From positions 33,170,001-33,234,000 of the forward strand of contig NC_083288.1 of the NCBI RefSeq assembly GCF_963506605.1: a stretch of DNA of 64,000 nucleotides. The letters are read 5' to 3'. Position 1 is the stretch's first letter. Each line of letters opens with the position of its first letter. The stretch comes from Zootoca vivipara. Taxonomy: Eukaryota. The translations under genes and the position numbers were made by a program. The notes below the pieces were generated by a model. That model was not told the DNA's origin and did not search any database. It saw only the letters and a list, made by a program, of their open reading frames with translations. This document shows, piece after piece, positions 36,370 to 48,275 of this stretch.

Positions 36370-37080
36370 GATGGTACCAAGGGCCAAAGTAAGAGTTGTT
36401 CCGCAGCTGAGCTGACAGAGGAACAGACTCCCTCAGAAGGCGGTGTACTCTCCTGCATTTGAGGTTTTTAAGCAGAGGTTGGATGGCCCTCTTACGCTGA
36501 GATTCCTGCAATGGAGGAGGTTGGACTGGATGACGCTTGGGGCGCCTTGCAACTCTACAATTCTATGATTCTAATATTACATGGGAGGTCTATGCTTGGA
36601 TCTCCCCACATCATTTTCTTCTTCTAAAAGCAGTTGCTGCATGGGTGGGAAGGTGGAGCCCAACCGTTTCCCCCTCCACCAGTTCTAGAACAGGTGCCCA
36701 GAGGAGAACAACGAGGATAGTGAGATGTTTGGAAACCAAATCCTGAGGAATGGTTGACAGTGCTTGGTATGTTTAGCCTGGAGAAGAGAAGATTCAGGGG
36801 AGCCATGGTGGTGTTCTTCAAATGTCTGAAGGGTTATCGTGCAGAAGTTGGACCAGATTTGTTCTCTGCTGAGGAGGAGGACAAGCCTAGAACCAATGGG
36901 TGGAAATTGCAACTTCTTAAGAGTAAGATCTGTTCTACAGTGGAGCAGAATTCCTCGGGAGGGATCGGGCTCCTCTTTGCTGGAGGTTTCATACAGGAAT
37001 GAGTGACAGCCTTTATGCTTTGGAGTAGGGGGTTAGACTACATGACCATCACGGTCCCTTCCGACACTAACATTCTGTGG
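36370..37080 (+). mobile_element. Two degraded CR1 3' fragments
   Basis: [13 protein letters not shown] peptide; TTCTATGATTCTA tail. Confidence 0.7.
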
Positions 37081-38537
37081 TACCCCTTTGTAAATCACTC
37101 CTCCCTTCCTAAGCTGCTCTTAGCTGGAGAGGGTCAAATGTATCTCTGCTATATAGATTTATTAAATATACACAAGGGTATCCAATCCCATGTTTCCCAG
37201 GTAATGTCTGCTTAGGTCCTAGAACAGGAGTTGAGAGTCTTTGGCCCTCCAGATGTTGCTGAACTACAACTCCCATCAGTCAATGGCCAGGGATGGTGGA
37301 AGTTGTTATTCAGCATCATCTGGTTGGCCAAAGCTTCAGCACTCCTGCCCTAGCAGGACATTCAGAGGAATGGGAGGGTAGTCTAAGAGGTTCCAACAGG
37401 GTTGTGCTTAACAGATGTGTGCACTAATTCCAGAATCAACTCCTACCACTTCAAAGCGTGAGCCAAAAAACTATTTGTATAAAGGTGAAACAACATCTTC
37501 GGATTGTGTATTAAACCACAGACTTGCTCCACAGCCAAGAAAGGGGTTGTAAAGCAGTTCCATAGAGCTTTATTGCTCTTATGGTCAGAGGAGTGTTAAG
37601 ATATGGATCATGGGCTCTACTGCAGCTGGGGGGGGGGAGGAGTATCTTCTGCTTTAAGCAAAGGGCTGGCAACTCTCTTTCCTTGTATCTACCCTTGAAA
37701 AAACAGTGCCTCTAGCTTTTGCCTTTGGGGATATTAACAGTTTTATAGTGAGTTGCTAGCTTTGTAATCTTTGAGTGTTCACGTTCCTCCCCAGGTAAAC
37801 TCACTTTCAGAGGCAACCTGTTTATTTGAGCATTCATCCTGATATATCTGAACAAAGTTTGTGAGGAGGAGATTAAATGACACCTGCTACTTATTAAGCA
37901 TGCATTCTAAATTTGTTTCTGGGGAGGTTAGACAATGTTGCATTCCCAGGGCATTTCTATCCTGTTACTTTCTTTATCACCAGGAAAATGTTATCCCATT
38001 GCATTCCTTACTGCAAAAAGGCTCAGTTTTGGGAAGGAAGTGACTCTTTGTACAAGGCCTCCAAATCCACTTTAATTGCACAACTTAAATTTGCCAGCAT
38101 AAAATTGAATGCCACCCTGTAGGTTCCATGGGGTAGAAACATGCCGCCTTGCACTTTGTAAAATTGTCGTGCATATTGATAACACTAAATAAGTATTATC
38201 ATAATCAACCATAACTGGAACAATGTCGTCAACATCATCATCCTGCTGTGCTGTCACCTGAGCTATACCAGCAAGTCTAGCAACACAACATCTGGTGAAG
38301 ATAGAAGATCCCGGATACAAGGGGAGATCAAGGATTTGCCATCCTGCTGATATCAAGAGGATGCAGGGGAAATACTTTTTTTGCCATTGATATTACATTT
38401 TGCCATTGATATTACATTAATATTACAGATAACAAAAGAATTGAGACAGAAGCAGAGGATTTGTTGCTTGGATTTGGAGCAGAACCACTCAGGGTCCACT
38501 TCAGAGCAGGATTACAGAAGCAGCGACCGCCGTGTCA

Positions 38538-38592
38538 ATGGTGCCCTTCTCGTTAGCTGTGTGGCTGCTTCTACTGCCTGTGCTGCTACAAG
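38538..38592 (+). CDS. Gene C exon 1 (signal peptide)
   Basis: ATG...CAAG|GTGAGT, 55 nt. Confidence 0.85.
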
Positions 38593-39960
38593 GTGAGTGA
38601 TGGCATGGGGCAGGGGTGCCAACTTGAAAATATTGGGGACCCGGGTAAGCCCCGCCCTGCATAATCAATCACAAGACTCAGTGCACAGACACCATTTGAA
38701 TGGCAATGCCCCTCAACTTGGGAAGCGAGGTGGCCCCCTCAATATTTTATGGGGGGGCTGAAGGGACCCCAATCCCTAGGATGTGGAGAGACAATGGAGG
38801 GAAGGTAATTGAGGATGAGAGAATCAGTTGCTTCTCAGGGGAGTTAAAATGGGAGTGGGAGATCCATTAAGCTAAAAAAGGAGGTGCATGGTTTATAAGT
38901 GCAAACAAAGGAGCTTCTCACACACTGGGCTTTCAAGTGGAACTCATATTCCTTTCCGCTAAGGAGACAAATGTATGGCAGCAGATAGTGGCCTTGTTCT
39001 CGTGTAATGTTAAAGGTAAATGTAAAGGCACCCCTGACCGTTAGGTCCAGTTGCGGACGACTCTGGGGTTGTGGCGTTCATCTTGCTTTACTGGCCGAGG
39101 GAACCAGAGCAGCGCATGGAAATGCCGTTTACCTTCCCGCCAGAGCAGAACCTATTTATCTACTTGCACTTTGAGGTGCTTTTGAACTGCTAGGTTGGCA
39201 GGAGCAGGGAGCGAGCCACGGGAGCTCACCCAGTCACAGGGATTCGAACCTTCTGATCGGCAAGCTCTAGGCTCTGTGTTTTAACCCACAGCGCCACCTG
39301 CGTCCCCATGTAATGTTAAACTATGGTTTACTAACTATGGTTTGTTAGCAAATTGTGGTTTGTTGTTGGCTTAACTCGTTTCGCATTACTTGTGAACCTG
39401 GATAGCGATTCTTGGTTGAAAAATGACAGGATTGCTTAACCAAAGCTGGTCCTCACTCCCCCACCTCCTTCTACTCTAAGGTGTGCTCATTTGCCTTGCC
39501 TCTTTGACAAATTGGACTAACAGGATTTGAAATCCAATTCTCTGTTTTCATTAATGTTCTAGTTGTTCTGGCCCATCTTTCACTGTGTTAAAGCTGAATT
39601 GATGTATATATGTGTGTGGAAGGGGGGTTTTTTTGGCTCATAGTAGTACTTGGCAACAGACAATTAGCCTTCACTGGGCCAAGGTTGGCCCAAGACATGT
39701 AACCACCTGAGGCAAAGAACAAGATGGTGCCCCCTCCTTATTCCACATAAAGAAACCAACTGAAGTGGCAACTAAATTTTATTTCAACATTGGCCATAGG
39801 ATCACATCCTTCCACTGTATCTGAGGAAGCAGATCAGATTTAGTCCTGTGGCACAGAGGAAAATGGTGGGCTGGGAGGTGGGACCTCAGGTAAATGAGTT
39901 GAGGGCTATTGACCCCTAGTATGTACCACACGAGGCTGACATTTGATAACTATTCAAAAC

Positions 39961-40001
<41 letters not shown>

Positions 40002-43000
40002 TATAAAATACTTCAGGATAGAGTCTTGGTATTAGAAGCATGCTCCAGAGCTAAAGTCCCGATAAGTCTCTGTTCAAATTAAGCCCTGCAATAAGCTCTA
40101 CCAGTCTAGCTAGGAAAATATACTCATAGCATATGTGTCACAATACAGAGCTGTATTCTTTTTATTAAAAAAAACATTAGTAAGAGATTGTAACCTGAGC
40201 CTCTTCCTCTTTCTCTTACATAGGCACCTATTTTTCAGTATTTGTGCTTCAGTGTCTCTGATATGAAAAACTGAAATGTTTTCCCTTCATTTTTGTTTTC
40301 TACAGATGCTGCCAGTTCTGAAGCAGGTAGGAACCCCTGTATATTTTGACCTTCCTACTCAAAATTTCAGGCTCATGGATGGGCTGAACCAAAGGGGAGT
40401 CTCATCAAATTATAGGGCTGCTACAAACCTAATGATCATGCAGACCTATTGTTAAACAGGAGCCTCCAGGCAGATTTAAAAGTATACTTAATAAATAAAT
40501 AAACTGAATATTGCTTCAATTGCTTCAATATATGGTGAGCCAGCCTAGCTGCAGTTAGAGGCATTATGGCTCTAAATTTGATTGGCTGGAAACCATTATC
40601 AATAACTAGAAATGTTCTTTAAAAGATCACATACAAATATTTGTTTTTTTTTGTTTCAGACAAGGCTTTTTTATGTTTGATTGTTTCTGGGTGTGCTTCA
40701 GTGCTGGTGTTATTGCGACCTATCTTTTTAAACCTTCTTTCCTTCTTCCACAGTTTGTGAAGCGCAAGCTCAACGAATTATTGGGGGCCGACCAGCTCCC
40801 TCTGATGGGTTGTCATGGCCCTGGCAAGTCAGCATTTTCTATCAGGGCAAACATATTTGTGGAGGCGCCCTCATAGCCGAGAAGTGGGTCCTGTCTGCAG
40901 CTCACTGCTTCCCTAAGTAAGTTTCTGGTGTACTTGGCTGTGAAGGCATCGTTCAGTTTCATCCTAGAGGCAGCTGCAAGGCCAAACTAATATTTTATGC
41001 CTAACACAGAAGGCATCAATGTGACACCCACAGGCACCAGTGTCCCTGCCAGTACGCCCTATGGCATCCACAAAAGGTATCAGCAAATAGCATCTCTTAC
41101 AGATGTGGCAGCCATTTTGTTTTGTACCTCACAGCCCAGAGCAGCCATTTTGTGACTAGCACCTAAACACTTTCTCAACATTCCCAATGTGCCCATTGGC
41201 TCAGAATGACTGCCCATGGCTGGCCTAACAGCAACTCAGTGCCTTGGCCTTGCCAAAGCAGAGCCTGGCAGAGCAATGAATAATAAAGTTAAAGGAAGCA
41301 GATAGCTGGCAGAAGTTATAGAGTAGGGCTGGGTGGATCTTTTTCAGCCTGGAAGTGGTTGGGGCCAGAGACAAATGTCAGTGGAGCAACAGCAGCAGCT
41401 CTCACCTTTGTACAATAGGCTACTTTCAAGCCATGCAGCTCTGGATGTGTACTGCATATTTTAAAACATGCAAATGGAGACAGGCATGCACAGAGTAGTT
41501 CTGTCTATGCCTGAGCAGTAAATTGTTCAAACTCCAGAGCCAGACTCAAATCACAAACTTTATAGGCTCAAGTTGAATGCCATTAAAGGTAAAAGGTAAA
41601 ATCCAGTCAAATTCGACTATGGGGTGTGGCGCTCATCTCCACTTTTGTACTATTGTGTCACCTGATGTCTGCTGACCACCTGCTTTGGGAGGGGACTGAA
41701 ATAACAAAACACATCAGAAATGGTGCCAGTAGCTCCCTCTTGGTGGTAAAGAGAGCAAGGTGACTTGCCAATGGTCAGGGATGTAAACCAACGGCCCTGC
41801 AGATATTGCTGGCTTCCTACTCCCATCAGCCCCATCCCATGTGCTCTGTGACCAGAGACGTTGTGAGTTTAAGTCCAGCATCTGGAGGGCCAAAGGTCCT
41901 CCATCCCTACCCTATAAGCTAGTTGCAAGAAATGGCAAGAACTTGTGCTTATGCACAATTTATAAAAAAAAAAAACCAGAGGGAAAGCAAAAATGAATGG
42001 GTGCCAATAACTTGTCTGGAGACATGGAAGGGCCAACCTGGGATCTTCTGCTTGGAAAGAGATATGGCATTTTCTCCACTGGGTTGCTATGGCCCTAGTC
42101 TCCCCTTTAAACTAGACATGTTGACATGAGACTGAATTACAAGGTCTAAGGGCACTCACCTCTTGGAAACCACTTTGGCAAAGATCTTGTTGCATTTTGC
42201 TCATGTTTTTTCACTTACAGCTTTAAGATGCAAACTAAGCATTATGTTGTGGTGCTGGGTGCCTATCAGCTCCTGAACACTTCAAGTAACACAGTAACAT
42301 CTGATATCCAACGGATTATCCTCCATCCCAGCTATGACAGCTATGACACCCCCCCCCCCAGAGGGGATATTGCTTTAGTAGAGCTGAAGTCCCCTGTGAG
42401 TTTCACTGCCTACATTCGCCCCATCTGCTTGCCAGAGGCCTCTGTACAGTTCTCAATGGAAGAAAGCTGTGTTGTGACTGGATGGGGAGAGATTCAACCT
42501 GGAGGTGAGGAGATGGAGAGGTGCTTTTGGGGGTTCTCCTTCAGGCTCTGTTTACTTTCATGCCAGCAATGTACACTGCACTTTTATAGGGCAAGCTGCC
42601 TCAGGTGGAAGATGCTGGATGATGTGGTTGAAATGCTGGAGGGTGGAGGTGGGTATGATTTGCAGCCAGGCGGGTATGGTTTGCAGCTAGGAATTGTGCA
42701 CTGTAATTCCCATCATCCTTGACCATTGACAATAATGTCTTGGGCTGATGGGAGTTATATTCCCCAACATCTGGAGGGATTCACAACCTCCAATCAGCCC
42801 AGTGTTGAGCCCTAATGGATCTTAGATGGTGAAGTATTGCAGAGACATGGGGCCACTGTGAAAAGATCCTACCCCAAGGGTTATAAATACAGTCATACCT
42901 CGGTTTAAGTACGCTTTGGTTTGCATACTTTCAGTTTAAGTACTCCGCGGACCGTCTGGAACGGATTAATCCACTTTCCATTACTTTCAATGGGAAAGTT

Positions 43001-46000
43001 TGCTTCAGGTTAAGTACCGACTTCCGGAACCAATTGTGTATTTAAACCGAGGTACCACTGTACCTGCAAACCATGAATAGTTAGGGCCTCAGGCTGGGTA
43101 TGAGGAGAGAGAGATCAAAAGCAAGACAAGACCATGGATTACTTTGATGATGAAGACAAAGAGTTTGTGCTGGACCTGACCTGAGAGTGAACAGGAAGGC
43201 AGTAAAGGGAGCTAAGCAGAGAATGCAACTCACACCGACCACCGCTATGTTATCTGGTGCAGTCATTACATACCCAACAAGTGTCCTGGGAAAAACCAGT
43301 ACTTCCTGTTTTTTCCTGCGAGAGCACATTTTGGGTGCCGTAATCTTGCACGATTTCGCGCCATGATCTCTCCATGAAAGAAGTGCTTTTTCAGGTCCAT
43401 GATATCATGCAGTGCCCCAAAACATGCATTTTGGGCTGTCAGGCTATTGTGTGACAGTACAGCCCTTTATAAAACATGTCTTTTGGGCTCTGTGATCTCA
43501 CACAGGTCACGTGACTCGCACAGGAGCACATCTGGGAAGACACGTATCCCAGTTTTAGGACTCAACATGTGGGAGGGTATGGCATTGCAGCAGTGGGGTG
43601 GTATCTACAGGCCTGAATTTGAGCCAGGCCAGGCCAGAGCTCAACTTCTGGGCTGCCTTGTAATGGTAGAAAAATGGCCTTCAGAGCCATGCATTAGAAA
43701 GAATGTCTGTGAGACAGAGTGCCTTTTGATAGTGTANNNNNNNNNNNNNNNNNNNNNNNNNNNNNNNNNNNNNNNNNNNNNNNNNNNNNNNNNNNNNNNN
43801 NNNNNNNNNNNNNNNNNNNNNNNNNNNNNNNNNNNNNNNNNNNNNNNNNNNNNNNNNNNNNNNNNNGAAAACTAGCAAATATATTTATGACATAAGCTTT
43901 TGTGGAATTGTCCACAGAAGCTTATGCCACAACTAGTGTATTTCAGCCCGTTCAATAACGGGCGCTAGAACATCCTGGGGTTTGGAGAAGCGCTTGCGCA
44001 GCGCTTCTCCGAACCCTGGGACCTGTCCTTGCTGTCGGCGGCAGGGGGACAGGAACGGAGGAGGAGAAAGCGCTGCTTTCTCCTCCTCCGTTCCTCTCTC
44101 CCAGCCGCCGACAGCAAGGAGACATCCTGGGGTTTGGAGAAGCGCTTGCGCAGCGCTTCTCCGAACCCTGGGACCTGTCCTTACTGTCGGCGGCAGGGGG
44201 ACAGGAACGGAGGAGGAGAAAGCGCTGCTTTCTCCTCCTCCGTTCCTCTCTCCCAGCCGCCGACAGCAAGGAGACATCCTGGGGTTCGGAGAAGCGCTTG
44301 TGCAGCGCTTCTCCGAACCCTGGGACCTGTCCTTGCTGTCGGCGGCAGGGGGACAGGAACGGAGGAGGAGAAAGTGCTGCTTTCTCCTCCTCCGTTCCTC
44401 TCTCCCAGCCGCCGACAGCAAGGAGACATCCTGGGGTTCGGAGAAGCGCTTGTGCAGCGCTTCTCCGAACCCTGGGACCTGTCCTTGCTGTCGGCGGCAG
44501 GGGGACAGGAACGGAGGAGGAGAAAGCGCTGCTTTCTCCTCCTCCGTTCCTCTCTCCCAGCCGCCGACAGCAAGGAGACATCCTGGGGTTCGGAGAAGCG
44601 CTTGCGCAGCGCTTCTCCGAACCCTGGGACCTGTCCTTACTGTCGGCGGCAGGAGGACAGGAATGAAGAAGGAGAAAGCGCTGCTTTCTTCTCCTCCGTT
44701 CCTCTCCCGCAGCCGCCGACAGCAAGGAGACATCCCAGGGTTCGGAGAAGCGCTTGCGCAGCGCTTCTCCGAACCCTGGGACCTGTCCTTGTTGTCGCCG
44801 GCAGGACAGGAACGAAGGAGGAGAAAGCGCTGCTTTCTCCTCCTTCCTTCCTCTCCCGCAGCCGCCGACAGGAAGGACGCGGGACACAAACCCCTACTTC
44901 GTCGCCGCTGCTTCATGGCCTCCTGCCGCTCCTCTCACGGGCCAGGGAGGGTTGTGAGGAGGAGGTCTCCGCCGGCCTCCACCCTCGCTTCCCTGACGTT
45001 CTGGCCAGGAGCGGCGGTTGGAGGAGGCAGGGGGGGGGAGAGAGTGCGCGCGTGCAGTCTCTGCTGTCCAATCCCTGTGTCGCTGGGGCACATGCGCAGT
45101 GACCCAGGGACACACGGGACAGCTTGGACGCAGGGACAACTTGCAAATTATTATATAGGATAAATGTGCTTCAAGACTCATTGCTGCTTTTATTAACCAC
45201 AAAGTAACTACAGCTGAATAATAGGACAGATGAGGAGGCAAGGTCTGAAATCCAAGCATGTAACTTTCCAGCACACCTTCTCCCCTTGGAAAACAGATGG
45301 AGCCAAGGGTAAGGGATGGTGGAAGTTATAGTTGAACAACTTCCAGAGGGTCACAAGTTCCTCGTTCTCCAAGTTAGAGTTTCACAACAGTCTGGAAGCT
45401 AACAGTGCTGCCGCTTTTCTCACCAGTAGATGGTGAAAGTGAACCCTCTTATACAATTCTATAAGCAGAGAGGAAGGAAAAGGCAATCAGCTGGCCACTT
45501 AATCATATCTTATTATTGTCCCTGGTTTTTTATCAGGAATTGATGTTAAAATGCAGGTTTCTTTCTCTTAATGCTGTAAAGTTTCGCACATGTCTGGGCA
45601 GTGCTTTGTGAAATCTCAGAAACCAGTGGTCAGGGGAGATGGACACAGTCACTATTTGCTTTTGCCTTCCTCTTGCAGAATGGACAATGTAAAATAGGCA
45701 GCTATTAGAGTATACATTGGGGTAAGAGATATAATTGGGATGGGTGGCTATCCACCTGATCACATCCCTAATGATACATTTGCTTCCTCTTACAGTGGCA
45801 TTGCCACCCCCACTAACCCTCCAGGAAGTGAAAGTGCCACTCATAGACCGAGAAAAATGCAATTCTCTCTTCAATGCTGCCCAACGTGAACCACCACTCT
45901 ATAATCCAGTCGGCCCTGGTATGATCTGTGCTGGCTACCAAGAAGGTGGCAAAGATTCCTGCCAGGTAGGATGCTCCATAATTGTGGTTGGCTGTGGTGG

Positions 46001-47516
46001 ACAGCAGCACCCCAGTAAAGGAGGGGACGGGCTCCAAAGGTCTAGCTCAGGTATGGAGAACCTGTGGCCCTCCAGACATTGTCATCCCCCCCGATCATTG
46101 GCTCTGCTGGCTGGGGCTGATGGGAGTTGGAGTCCAACAACAGCTGGGAGGCCACAGATTTTTCCATCCTTTGTCTTGGTTTTATTCACAGGGCCAGCAG
46201 TTCAGAAACGTAGCCTTCTCAGAAGATGAGTACAGGCCTACTCACTCTTAAATAGACATGACATAAAAATGAAATGTTTTAGCAGTGGGGTGGTAGACAT
46301 ACAGGGCCGTCTCAAGCATGTCGGGCGCCCTGGCGCCGTGGTGCGGAGATTGCTCCGGTGCCCCCGCCCCGCTCCGTTTCTTGCTGTGGCTGGTGGGTGG
46401 CCGTAGCTTGCAGCACGGTTCCCGTGCCGCTCCGCCGTGCGGCGCCCCCCTACCAGGCCGGCGCCCCACACCACCCAGACTACCCCTAGAGCCGGCCCTC
46501 TAGACATAGGTGGCAAGGCATTACATGCAAGCTAGTGAGCAGGCTGGCAGAGGAGAGACAGGGTGCTCCATCTCTAATCTATGTCCACCATAGAAGCCAA
46601 GAGGTCTGCTGGAGGAGGCAATCTCCATGCTCCAGGCCCTGCATTAAAATGCAGTGGGCTGCTGCGATAAGGACTGAGCTGTTTGTCTCTCCTCTCCTGG
46701 CCCGCAGCAAGCATACATTTTTGCAAGCCCACAGCAAGCTAACATACATTTTTGCAGGCCAGTAACATTTGAAGACTTCTTTACAAGGCTGCATTATATA
46801 TTCATTAAACTGAAACTGAAAGTCTGGACCAGGGATAGAAGGATCTGTCGATTTCAGCTTTCAACATTTTAATGTGAATTTCTCCCAATAAGCGCAATTT
46901 CATATGCAGCTTTGACTAATATACATGCCTGTGCAAGCAATATTTTAATAATATATGCATCTTTGTTAACATTGTTTAGTTGGAGAACTGAATCACAAAA
47001 TTCAGATATGTGTGGATTTCAACAGATAGCTGGGTTTCAGTTCCCATATTGTTTTGGAAAATTCATATTTGGTCGTTTCAGCCTTATGCATAGTTTCTCC
47101 TCCATACCTTAGCCATTTCTTCACTACCTTAATCTAGCTGAACTATACATGAGGACAGGACCAGATCTGTAAAGGAAATAAGCATAATCTGTTTTGAAAC
47201 CAGTCTCCCAAACCTGCTTCCTGTAACCATGGACTGACTCCTATCTCTCTTTCCACAGGGTGACTCTGGGGGACCCTTGGCTTGCCCATATGATGGACAT
47301 TGGGTCCTGGCTGGGGTCGTGAGCTGGGGGATAGGCTGTGGCCGCCCTGGTCTCCCTGGTGTCTATTCTTCAGTCCCTTTTTATGCCACTTGGATCTCCC
47401 AGCATATACCCAGTATGACCTTTGCGATGCGTGGGAATGGTGGGGTGAATGGCAGAGAACAGAATTCCCCTGCTGTGATACTTCTCCTAGTGTTTTTTGC
47501 TTTGACCCTTCTATGA
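38538..47516 (+). CDS. Gene C: complete trypsin-like serine protease (PRSS27/PRSS33-like), 316 aa, predicted GPI-anchored. Exons 38538-38592, 40306-40326, 40754-40916, 42221-42504, 45796-45965, 47259-47516
   Basis: Spliced CDS 951 nt, open; [33 protein letters not shown]|IIGG...SAAHC...GDIAL...DSCQ|GDSGGP...SWG...PGVY...[17 protein letters not shown]. Confidence 0.93.
39011..39307 (-). mobile_element. Sauria SINE
   Basis: Reverse complement of the family; TSD TGTAATGTTAAA. Confidence 0.85.
39961..40000 (+). repeat. (ACTT)n microsatellite
   Basis: Seen directly. Confidence 0.9.
40306..40326 (+). CDS. Gene C micro-exon 2 (21 nt, DAASSEA)
   Basis: TTTTCTACAG acceptor, GCAG|GTAGG donor. Confidence 0.82.
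40754..40916 (+). CDS. Gene C exon 3 (R|IIGG...WPWQVS...CGGALI...SAAHC)
   Basis: Translated by hand (this frame is not in the ORF track); CCACAG acceptor, GTAAGT donor, 163 nt. Confidence 0.93.
42221..42504 (+). CDS. Gene C exon 4 (GDIAL, IRPICLP, CVVTGWG)
   Basis: ORF 42228..42722; TTACAG acceptor, GTGAGG donor. Confidence 0.95.
42890..43060 (+). mobile_element. Tigger-like MITE family X, single unit
   Basis: Termini and TA flanks. Confidence 0.85.
43737..43866. other. Assembly gap (130 N) in gene C intron 4
   Basis: Run of N. Confidence 1.
43933..45160 (-). mobile_element. Non-autonomous Helitron carrying a minisatellite array
   Basis: Minus strand A|TCCTATATAATAA ... GCCCGTT-ATTG-AACGGGC hairpin, 9 nt, CTAG|T; no TSD. 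Confidence 0.88.
43971..44875. repeat. Tandem array of six 152-bp GC-rich palindromic units
   Basis: Unit starts at 43971, 44123, 44275, 44427, 44579, 44731. Confidence 0.95.
45796..45965 (+). CDS. Gene C exon 5 ([10 protein letters not shown]...[15 protein letters not shown])
   Basis: ORF 45735..46229; 170 nt. Confidence 0.95.
46302..46500 (+). mobile_element. GC-rich hAT MITE
   Basis: CAGGGCCGTCTC...GAGCCGGCCCTC; 8-bp TSD TAGACATA. Confidence 0.85.
47259..47516 (+). CDS. Gene C exon 6 (GDSGGP, GPI-like tail, TGA)
   Basis: CCACAG|GGTGACTCT; ORF 47277..47516. Confidence 0.95.
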   Translation, partial: GDSGGPLACPYDGHWVLAGVVSWGIGCGRPGLPGVYSSVPFYATWISQHIPSMTFAMRGNGGVNGREQNSPAVILLLVFFALTLL

Positions 47517-47809
47517 GATGCTCCTCTCTCTGCCTCCAGGCTATCTACTAACGATGTGGAATTTGGGTACAGCTGCATTTAAATTGCTTTACTGATCAGT
47601 AGTGATTTAAGTCCTATATGCTCTGACAACTTATTCAACCACGGGGTCTGGTTTGGGGGCATAACAGGAACACAGGCCACCCTCGCCTTATAGCAAAGCA
47701 GACTATCAGTTCATCTAGTTTAGGATTTTATACCCTGCCTGGCAGTAGCTCTCCAAGGTTCTAACAGGAGCCTTTCCCAGCCCTACGGGGAGATGCTGGG
47801 AATTGAACC

Positions 47810-48186
47810 CAGCGGTGGAGCAAGCCAATCGGGCGACTGGGGTGGCACGTGTGCCCTGCAGGGCCAGCCACCCGTGGGGGTTGGGGTCAGCCGCCCACGG
47901 GGCAGGGCCAGCCAGGACAGCATGCTCCATGGGGCCTCCGAGGAGTCTGCCTGCCTCCTCCCCCTCAGCTGCCCTACAGCCGAGAGGGAGGAGGCGGGCA
48001 TACTGTTTGGGGCAGCACAGAGCCTGTGGGCATCCAAGCCACCGTGTCACTCCCAGGAGAGACATGCGGCTCGGGCATGCTGCAGGCCCTGTGTTGATTG
48101 CCCCCTGGCATTTTATCACACAAAAAAAACCAGTGGTGACACCCAGGGCGGCCCACCCCCACCACACACCCCTTCTGCTGCCCCTG
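47810..48186. mobile_element. hAT MITE inserted into a SINE in the probable 3' UTR of gene C
   Basis: CAGCGGTGGAGC...GCTGCCCCTG; 8-bp TSD ATTGAACC. Confidence 0.85.
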
Positions 48187-48269
48187 ATTGAACCTAAGAC
48201 CTTTTAGATGCAAAGCTCAATATTCTTTAAATCTGTTGAAAGAGTTAAGCGATGTGGTAAGAAGCCACC

Positions 48270-48275
48270 AATAAA
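48270..48275 (+). terminator. Candidate polyadenylation signal of gene C
   Basis: First AATAAA I found after the stop, followed by T/GT-rich sequence. Confidence 0.45.

Noticed and set aside
43971-44875. CRISPR-like array of palindromic repeats
   Set aside because: Units are head-to-tail and near-identical with no unique spacers, there are no cas genes, and the context is a vertebrate intron inside Helitron termini.
43933-45163. The 311-393 aa ORFs as real protein-coding genes
   Set aside because: They are translations of the tandem repeat, overlap on both strands and show no recognisable domain.
38538-47516. Specific gene symbols (PRSS27, PRSS33, PRSS8) for individual paralogs
   Set aside because: Orthology cannot be resolved without a phylogeny, so symbols are left blank.
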